From positions 15,190,001-15,254,000 of the forward strand of contig OX597837.1 of NCBI GenBank assembly GCA_951406725.2: a stretch of 64,000 bases of DNA, written 5' to 3'. This stretch comes from Octopus vulgaris. Taxonomy: Eukaryota. The notes below the pieces were generated by a model that had not been told where the DNA came from, did not search any database, and saw only the letters and a list, made by a program, of their open reading frames with translations. This document shows positions 53,873-64,000 of the stretch, in pieces (positions within the stretch are counted from its first letter, which is position 1; every line of letters starts with the position of its first letter). Position numbers and translations under genes: made by a program.

Positions 53873-54577
53873 GTCCTCTTCCAAACCAACTCACAAATAT
53901 CTTCCTCTCAGGTCAAACCAATAAATTAACGCTTTCTTCAATTCCTTCTCATATTTTAATTAAATTCATTTCATCCAGATTAATTTCTTCTGCTTTATTC
54001 TCAGCCATTTCCCATTAATCTATTCAGTTACTTAATACTTGAACTCCATTTATGCTGTAACTCACATTCCGTCAAGAATGCTGACCCATTTTCGACACCC
54101 ATTTACTTTCACACCTTTCTACAGTGCTTCTTTGGCTCTCTGCTCTCGTGAAGAAGAAGAAAAACAGTTCTAATTATTATTTTATATTATGCGAAGACAA
54201 GTAGCCGAAAAGGGGATTCTTCAGAAGATCTTGAGAGCGTAGTTCAGAGATCAGGGAGTCACTCAAGGTCGCGGCTCTACTTGACCGCGATGAAAGGCTG
54301 CAAGACATGTGATTAGAATGCCGAAGGAAAGAATCGCATGATGGATTCTTCAAGCCAACTGACAGGAGACCAAGGGGTAGTCCAAGAACAAAATGGTTGG
54401 GTAATATCCATAGCTTCTCTTGGTCACACTTGGAAATCCAGCTGGAAAGTGTAATGAAGGTTGCTTCTGAGAGGACTCCATGGAGGAGGAGGAGGTGGCG
54501 GAGGAGGAGGAGGAGGTGTCTGATGATTGTACCCGTCGACCATTCCAGGAAGAACGGGCCACTACCTACTTCACAAA

Positions 54578-54672
<95 letters not shown>

Positions 54673-54943
54673 AAATGAAAATATCCAACACATTTGAAGA
54701 CTGGAAATATTTACAAAATATTTCAATTAATTTTTTCTTCAATTTAATTGTTTTCCGTCTTAATTAATACCCACCTTTGTTTTGCTCTTGGTTGAAAAAG
54801 TCGAAAAGACAGAAACCGGTACAAACCATTACAATATGCATTTTATGCTAAAATTATTTTAGCATTTTCTACCTTGTCTTATTTTCCTTTATGCATAACA
54901 ACTCGTGTGTCACTTTTCAACATTTTATATACATATATATATA

Positions 54944-55559
54944 TATACAAAGAAGTAAATATATGGCACAACGAAGTACCGATATTTACTGGAAATAGCG
55001 AACGTAATAATACGACGCTAATGTATAGCTTCACCGCGTATGTACTAGCAAAAATGCGTGAGTGCAACAAACTTGAAAAAAATTGTCTTACCTGTTGGCG
55101 TTTGAGTCGAGTGTATTGGCATTAATGTGGTAACATCTGAAATGTTGTCGTGGTATATATTTGGCTGATGAAGATAGATCAAGTATATGGCTGCAGGCAT
55201 ATCTTGAAAAATCTGAAACCGGCTCCGGTCCCACATTATCCTTTTCTAGGTGTTTCATCTTTCAGATGTTCTCCCTGGAGGTAAGACAATTTTTTTCAAG
55301 TTTGTTACACTCACGCATTTTTGCTAGTACATACGCGGTGAAGCTATACCTCAGCGTCGTATTATTACGTTCGCTATTTCCAGTAAATATCGGTACTTCG
55401 TTGTGCCATATATTTACTTCTTTGTATAATTTTCCCTCACGGGCTATTCTTTACTGGAAAGCAATACTCTCGTATTGCATTACTAATGTTATTGAAACTT
55501 CTTCACCGTTCTCGTTCTGTTAGCGTTTCGGCGTTTCAGTTGAGTGTATTGGCATTAAT
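54944..55559 (+). mobile_element. Penelope-like / retrozyme insertion: 150-bp inverted arm + ~433-bp unit + 30-bp terminal redundancy
   Basis: 54944-55093 is the reverse complement of 55279-55428; ggcgttt(g/c)agt(c/t)gagtgtattggcattaat at 55097-55126 and 55530-55559; begins in (TA)n. Confidence 0.8.
55162..55233 (+). ncRNA. Type I hammerhead ribozyme
   Basis: tgg-CTGATGA-AGAT...tcaag-tatatg...catat-cttga...ATCT-GAAA-CCGG-ct-CCGG-TC-cca; GUC cleavage after 55230. Confidence 0.8.
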
Positions 55560-55919
55560 ACTCTCAATGCATTCGTTGGCCGGGGCTATAGCCAGAAGAG
55601 CCTAATTTCAATCTTATATTCCCATAACCTTATTAACCTAACAGTAATTGAATGGCGTCAATTAGCATCGCGATTCACTTTATTTCTTCGCAGAGATCTT
55701 TATATTTTCCTAAAATAATTTATCCCAAAACCGCTTTATAAGCATAGATCTCTTATTATTATTATTGTCTTATTATAATCCTTCTCAATTAATATCTATT
55801 AATTATTCCTAATCTGTTTTCCTTCCTTCTTTTTTCTAGAGATTACTCGCTCTCTCGTGTAACTGGGATTTGTTTGCAGTCACGTTTCGAACACAAATGC
55901 TACGCCAAGGTCACTTCCT

Positions 55920-56398
<479 letters not shown>

Positions 56399-57640
56399 TA
56401 ATTAGTAATTAAACCGTAATAGGCTCGGCCAGCGTGGCTGTGTGGTTAAGAAGCTTGCTTTGCAACCGTATGGCCATGGTTTCAGGTTCAGTACCTCGGC
56501 GCGGGACCTTGGGCAAGCGTCTCCTGATAGTGGATGTGATGTGGTGGTAATGATAGTTGCGATGTTGGTGGTGGTGGTGAGTCATGTCCTCGTAAGAAAG
56601 CGTTTCGGCAAAAGAGAGAAAGAAGGATAAAGAAAGCAGGAGAGAGAAAGCGGGAGAGAGGGAGAGCGGGAGAGAGAGAGAGGGATAGAGAAAGCGGGAG
56701 AGAGGGAGAGCGGGAGAGAGAGAGAGGGATAGAGAAAGAGGGAGAGAGCGGGAGAGAAAGAGGGAGAGAGAGAGAGAGAGAGAGAAAGAGGGAGAGAGAG
56801 AGAGAAAGAGGGAGAGAGAGAGAGAGAGAGAGTGGGAGAGAGAGAGGTAGGGGAGAGAAATAGAAAAAGTACCAGACTGAGACAATATATGGAGGGGTTC
56901 GAGTGGTTGTCAACCAGGGTCCACATGGCCCTTGGAGGTCCTTATAAGGGTTTGTCGATAAAACTCTATCTGCAATAAATTGTTTATACTTAATACAAAA
57001 CACAAATTATTTTGATAATTTTTTTTTTATTACAATTCCTGATATTTCATTATAAAAATATAAAAGGACCATTTTTTAAAATATGGGGTCCATTAGAATG
57101 AAATAGGAATCGAAATGGGTTAAAGATAAGGGTCATAGTGATAATGGATGTGGATAGTGCTGTTGTTGTTGTTGGTGGTGGTGATTATGATCGTAGTGGT
57201 GGTGGTGTTGAGATGGGTGGAGGATGTTACTGGTGATAGTAGTATTGGGGGGAGGGTGATACGGTGTGTTATTTAAAGAACGTTGTCAGATATAAACACC
57301 TGTTAATGAGGTCAACAGGTGTAAGAGACATATATATATATATATAGGTACCCGGGTGCTCTTGTTATAGGGAGGTGCAACGTTATTTCACCTCTTACGT
57401 AGCTGCTGCAACGATGGTGAGGGTTAGTGGGAGTTAGAGAAACAGAGAGAGAGAGAGAAAAGGAGACAGAGAGAAAAAGGAGAGAGAGAGAAAAAAGGAG
57501 AGAGAGAGAGAGAGAGAGAAAAGAAAGGAGAAAACGAGAGAGAAAGGACGGGAGAGGAAGAAGACGGAACGATAAACACACACATATACCCATATAAACA
57601 AATACGCATACATACATACATACATACATACATACATACA

Positions 57641-57671
<31 letters not shown>

Positions 57672-57923
57672 GTATATTTGTATATATATATATATATATG
57701 TATAGATAATTCTTTGAAATTTTGGTGCAAGGCCCGCAGTTTTGAGGGGAGGGGAAAGTTCATTACATCTACTCCCCTACTTGACGAACACTATTTTATA
57801 AACCCCGAAAGGATGATAGGTAAAGTCGACTTCGCTGGAATTCGAACTCGGTACACAAAACCGCAAGAAATACCGCTTAGCATTTTCGTCCAGTGCTGTA
57901 ACGATTCTGCCAGCTCACCGCTT

Positions 57924-58038
<115 letters not shown>

Positions 58039-58227
58039 TTCAAATTTTGGCACAAGGCAAGCAATTTCGGGGGAAGGGGCTAAATCGATTACATCGACCC
58101 CAGTATTTCACTGGTTCTTGTTTATCGACCCCGAATATGAACTCAGAACGTAAAGACGGACGAAATACCAAGTATTTTGTACGATTTGCTGACGAGTCTG
58201 CCAGCTCGCCACCATAAGCTATCATCA

Positions 58228-58280
<53 letters not shown>

Positions 58281-58617
58281 GTGGGGGAGCATCATAGCTA
58301 TGTGTTGAGAGGGATTCTTTGGGATTTGAATAATTCATCTCTGGAAACATGGGTGGTTCGTTCAACATCCTTAAACAACCCTTATTCAGGGACCTTTTGA
58401 GCGGGATGGGTTACTCGACCAGAAGAAAATTCAAACAAGGCCCCATCTGCAAAGTCATGTGCTGTTTATCTTGATATGAGATCACTATGTCGTGCACACA
58501 TGGTTGTGATGCATGTGCCTAGTGTACCCTTATTAGACGGGTAGTCATGATGGGTATATTGGGCTTCGTATATTTTACCCCAGTGTCACTTTGATGGCAT
58601 GAACTGCTCTCTCACTC

Positions 58618-58618
<1 letters not shown>
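58281..58618. mobile_element. Retroelement fragment inserted in an (AAT)n tract (possibly R4/Dong-type 3' end)
   Basis: Unique ~340 bp flanked on both sides by (AAT)n; TAA-repeat targeting is known for Dong/R4; family not verified. Confidence 0.4.
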
Positions 58619-58657
<39 letters not shown>

Positions 58658-59559
58658 TATCTAAAATAAATAAATAAACTAAACGTTAAACACGCCGTAT
58701 TAATACGAGAAAAAACAGCAAACAAGGAAAAAAGGAAAATTATTCTGGAAGGATTATAGGGAACAAAGCTAGAAATTTGCGGCAACATAACAGAACATGA
58801 AGCGTAAGTTTGTCTAAATAGAGTCGCCCCTATTATAGTTGTATATAGTTTAATTATAAGTGATCTTTCTAGAATAGAGCCTGCAATGCCAGTTTTTATT
58901 CATAATGAATAAACAAGCTGCCATTTTGTTCAGCCATTGTGGTAAATATTGTTTATTCTGCTTGTAATATCAACAGAGTCGGTGAAAAGGCTTTCACCTT
59001 GGTGCAAACGTCCTGTATTTAACGTTTGTGGTGGAGGTCACGGGATTTATTGTCTCAAGTCTTTTCATTAGCGTACAGATATTTTTTTAGGTTACACACA
59101 CACACACACACACACGTGTGTGTGTGTGTTGTGGTCTGTATTGCTTTTACGGAAGCAAAAATGAGAAATATGAATGCAGCTAGGACATTGCCAAGGCATC
59201 TAACTTCTCAAACATTCCCGCGTGGTCGATATAGTCACCAAATCTCCTTCAAATATACATGTGCGCATGTGTATGTATGGAGGGGGAATGTGTGTGTGTG
59301 TATGTGTGTGTGTGTGTGTGTATGTGTGTGTGTGTGTGTATAAAGTTGTGTACAATGGTCAAAAGCCCCTTCCTTTCAAGGGGGCCTCTTGATCAGGCAT
59401 GGCAATTTATCTGCATCCAATCCATATACCCTCCCCCGAACTTGCTAAGCCTCCGCCATTCTTCTTCTTCTTCTTCTTCTTCTTCTTCTTCTTCTTCTTC
59501 TTCTTCTTCTTCTTCTTCTTCTTCTTCTTCTTCTTCTTCTTCTTCTTCCTTCTCCTCCT

Positions 59560-59656
<97 letters not shown>

Positions 59657-61503
59657 GTGCTACCGATTCTGACAGCTCGTCACCTTAATAATAATTATTA
59701 TTCTCTCTACTGTGGGCACAAGGCCTGAAATTTTGAGGGAGAAGGCTTGTGGATTATATCGACTCCAGGGCTTGGTCGGCACTTTATTTTATCGATCTCT
59801 GACAAGATGAAAGGCAAAGTCGACATGGGCAATATTAGAATCCAGAATGTAAAGAACCGCAATAAATACTGTTAAACATTTTACCCAACGCACAAATGAT
59901 TCAGCCACTTCATCAAGCGCAAGGCCAGCAGGTACTGGGATCGAAACCATCGATCTTAGTACTTGATTGGTACTCTATTTTATCGAACCCCGAAAGGCTG
60001 TAAGGCAAAGTTGACCCCAGCTGGAGTTGAACTCAGAACGTAAAGAACATACAAATACTGCAAGGTATAAGTTTTGGCTGCTCTAAGGATTCTACCAACT
60101 GGCTGGTTTCTAATTTAACGGCCAGCAAATTAAGTGACGGGTACTTTATTTTATCGACCCGAAATGCTCAAAGGTAAAGGTGACCTCGGCGGGATTTGAA
60201 CTCAGGACATAATGTGAAAAAAGAAACAAAGAAATATTACTAGGTATTTCGAAGTTCTAATAATTCTGTTAGCTTGAGATAAGTAAATAGACAAAGTGAC
60301 AGACAGACAGATAGATAGACAGGCAGATAGACAGGCAGATAGAAAGGCAGACAGATAGACAGAGAGATAGAAAGCTAGATAGAAAAGCAGATAGATAGAC
60401 AGGTAGAGAGAAATATAGACAGGCTGACAGACAAATAGATAGATAGATAGATTAGATACATAGATAGATAGACAGACAGATAGATAGATAGATAGATAGA
60501 TAGATACATACATACATACATACATACATACATACATACATACATACATACATACATACATAAGTAGACAGGGAGAGAGACAAAGAGAGAAAGGAGCAGA
60601 GACAGACAGACGTACAGAGAGGCAGGCAGACAACTGGAAGAAAGTTAAAAAACATTTAGAATTGGATCGAAATACACGCAGTATACTCACACTGGCCTGA
60701 CATTTAAGATACAACAGGCTTCAAAGACACAATTGATTTGTTCTTGTGTGGCACCAAAATAAAGCTCCTTTTCAATGGCGTCCAACATACTAGCGCAGCA
60801 GGCCATTACTACTTCCGGTCTGTTTAAGACACAAACGGGCTACAAAATGTTACATACACTCACAACAGTGAGGCTTGTTGTTGTTTTTTTATTCTACTCT
60901 TTCTCTTTTCCGATTTTGACAAGTAAATTCACTTCATGTCTTATTAAAGTTATTCAAAGATGTTTCCCTCACAACATCACCTTACCGTCATCTTACCTAG
61001 GTGAGTTCTACTCCTTTGATCTTGCAGACAATCTGGAACCGTAACTCGTTTCCGGAGACTTCTTGTTTACGCTCAAGGGAGGAAATTCTTAAATTGATCC
61101 TCTTCTTGTTACCAACGCCATTCCTGCCGCCGCGCCGGGGTAACACAAACCGTTAAGTATTTCATTGGTTTCTCCTGTGTTTTCCTTTCTTTTTCTTGTT
61201 TTTTTTTCTTTTACTCTGTATGTGTAGATAGGTGCGTGGGTGTGAGTGTACCTCTGTGTGTATGTGTGTGTGTTTAAGTTTGAACAAGTGTATGTGTGTG
61301 TGTGTGTGTGCGTGTGTGTGGAGACAGCACCACTCATTAATGTCTCCGAGGTGTCGGACAGGAGACAAGAGGGTTGGACTCCGAACACACCAACACAAAA
61401 GAACGCACCGCTGCAAATTGTGGGTGTGTGTGCTTGCCTGCATGCGCATGTGTGAATGTGTGTGAGAATGTGTGTGTGCGTCTGTATAAGGACATAAGTA
61501 TAC

Positions 61504-61555
<52 letters not shown>

Positions 61556-61562
61556 ATGTATG

Positions 61563-61595
<33 letters not shown>

Positions 61596-61818
61596 GGGTA
61601 TTTCTATATGAGCATATATATATACATACATGCATACATATATACATACATACATATATATATATACGCACACACATACATGCATGCATATATATATATA
61701 TACACACACACATATATATATATGTATGTAAGGGTGTCTGTATGAGCATATATACATACATACATACATGCATACATACACACACACACACACAACACAC
61801 ACACACACACACACACAC

Positions 61819-61902
<84 letters not shown>

Positions 61903-62112
61903 ATTTGTGCATGTGTTGTGTCGTTTGTGAATACATTTACGCATGCGTATGAACGTGTGAAAAATTGTACGTAAAAGTGTCATACGAGTGTTTGAGCAGT
62001 TTTACGCGTATGTATCTATGTATGTGTGTGTATATATGTGTGTGCATGTATGAATGTATGTGTATGTATGCACGCACGCATGCATGCATGCATGTGTGTG
62101 TGTATGTATGTA

Positions 62113-62440
62113 GTGAAGGCGCGTGGCTAAGTGTTTAGAGTATTCGGTTCGCGATCGTAAGGTCGTATGTTCGAAACCTGGTGGTGCGTTGTATGCTTAA
62201 GCAAGACACTTCATTCCATATTGTTCCAGTCCACTCAGTTGGCAAAAACAGGTCATAGCCGTATCTCTAAGGAGCCAGCCTCGTCACGTTCCATTTCACG
62301 CTGAATCCCACTGAGAACTACGTTAAGAGCATGCATGTCTGTGGAGTACTCAGCCACTTGCACGTTAATTTCACGAGGCGGTTGTTCCGTTGATCAGATC
62401 AAGTGGAACCCTCGTCGTCGTAACCGACGAAGTGCCAAGA
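62113..62440 (+). mobile_element. tRNA-derived SINE family D
   Basis: A/B-box-like head ggcgcgtggctaagtg...gttcgaaacc, central gcaagacactt...ccagtccactcag; reverse fragments near 25600-25730, 34350-34505 and 37135-37235. Confidence 0.7.
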
Positions 62441-62548
62441 CTGTGCGCATGTATGCTTGTATGATGTATGTACATATGTGTATATATTAATGTAGGTAAG
62501 CATCCTTCTATGTAACTATGTATATATATCTCTCTATCTATCTATCTA

Positions 62549-62645
<97 letters not shown>

Positions 62646-63273
62646 GTACGTTCGTATATATGAATATATTAAATTTGCAACGAGTTATCGGGTTCGATCC
62701 AGCAACAAACGTCATAACCCATTCAGTAGGGACCACTTTTTAACACATACTGTGTCACCCTGTTTCTGCTTGGCCATTACGTTTAGAATCACGTGTTGCC
62801 ACGTGATTGGAGAATGCTCAGCCATTTACACGTTTGTTCAGGTGCAGATAATTCAGTTAATCAAACAACTGAATCCTCATTGTTGAACAATGGACATCCA
62901 CAGCTACACACACACACACACACACACACAGATGAGTAACGAAGATGTACAGGTGTCAATTCAAGTATGCATCTTCGTTACTTATTTATGACAGTTTTAT
63001 TAACATTACCGTCCCATTCTCACCGCTGTTCGCCTTCACTTATATAAGTAACCCTCTCTCTGTTAATACCTCAGACTAATACTTTTCGCAAACTTCTCAT
63101 TTTATCATATATTTCACCCAATACCCCTGGGGCGGGGTATATAAATTCTTATTGAAATCCAATAAGCCTATTATCGAACTAGATGTTGGTGCCACATGTA
63201 TGCAAAGTTTCGTGAACATTGGTTCGGTGGTTTAGGCACTAAGTTGGTAACAGATAGACAGACAGAAATAGGC

Positions 63274-63330
<57 letters not shown>

Positions 63331-63929
63331 TTGGCTACACTTTAGTTCTTTCGTCCCTTCGGTCTTTTATTTCTGGTTCTTTTAAATGAAATACAATGGC
63401 GAGAAAGAGGAAGAGTGAGAGAGAGAGAGAGAGTGAGAGAGAGAGAGAGAGTGAGAGAGAGAGAGAGAGTGAGAGAGAGAGAGAGAGTGAGAGAGAGAGA
63501 GAGAAGGAGGGTGGTGGTGGTGGTGGGAGGTAATGGAAGAATAAAGTGAAAAAGTCAAGCCAACAACGGGTTGACGACCAAAGTGATACGAACTTTAATC
63601 TACATTCAAGAATAGCCAGAAATACAAACAGAAACACCACCCACCGCCATCACAACCCCTCTGCCCCCCCCCTCTTTCTACCACATTCATTTCTTGCTGA
63701 ACGAAAAAGAAAAAGAGAGGAAGGGGGGCGCTGTTTCTCCCTCTTCCTTTTCTTTCCTCTACCGACAACACAACAACAACAGCAACAACAACAACAACAA
63801 TCTGCTACGGTGTTTTTTCTTTCTTTATCTCATTTTTTAAAATTTTCTTCTTAACTTGTAACCAAACTGACTTTCTCTCGTCAATCTCTTTTCACTGACA
63901 TTGTTTTTTGTTACTGTGACATATTCGTT

Positions 63930-64000
<71 letters not shown>

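Noticed and set aside
62113-62185. tRNA gene
   Set aside because: A/B-box-like head continues into a SINE body; no complete cloverleaf

Overview
Eukaryotic, AT-rich genomic DNA saturated with microsatellites and SINEs. The repeat families suggest an octopus or other coleoid cephalopod (inference). Bases 238-6621 hold the last eight coding exons (MA3 and W2 domains) of an eIF4G2/DAP5/NAT1 gene on the + strand, followed by a probable ~2.5 kb 3'UTR. The remaining ~55 kb shows no supportable protein-coding gene; nearly all listed ORFs are microsatellite or repeat artefacts. It contains tRNA-derived SINEs, MITEs, a deleted mariner, and CR1 and RTE LINE remnants. The standout is a 6.2 kb array (45027-51193) of 11.6 apparently identical 533-bp units. 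Each unit carries an intact type I hammerhead ribozyme, 12 in total, which is the architecture of a non-LTR retrozyme that could self-process into 533-nt monomers or circles. At least four other sequence-distinct hammerhead or hammerhead-like elements occur in the window, all in or next to (TA)n tracts, and one has a Penelope-style inverted arm. SINE and LINE boundaries are approximate and were read by eye.
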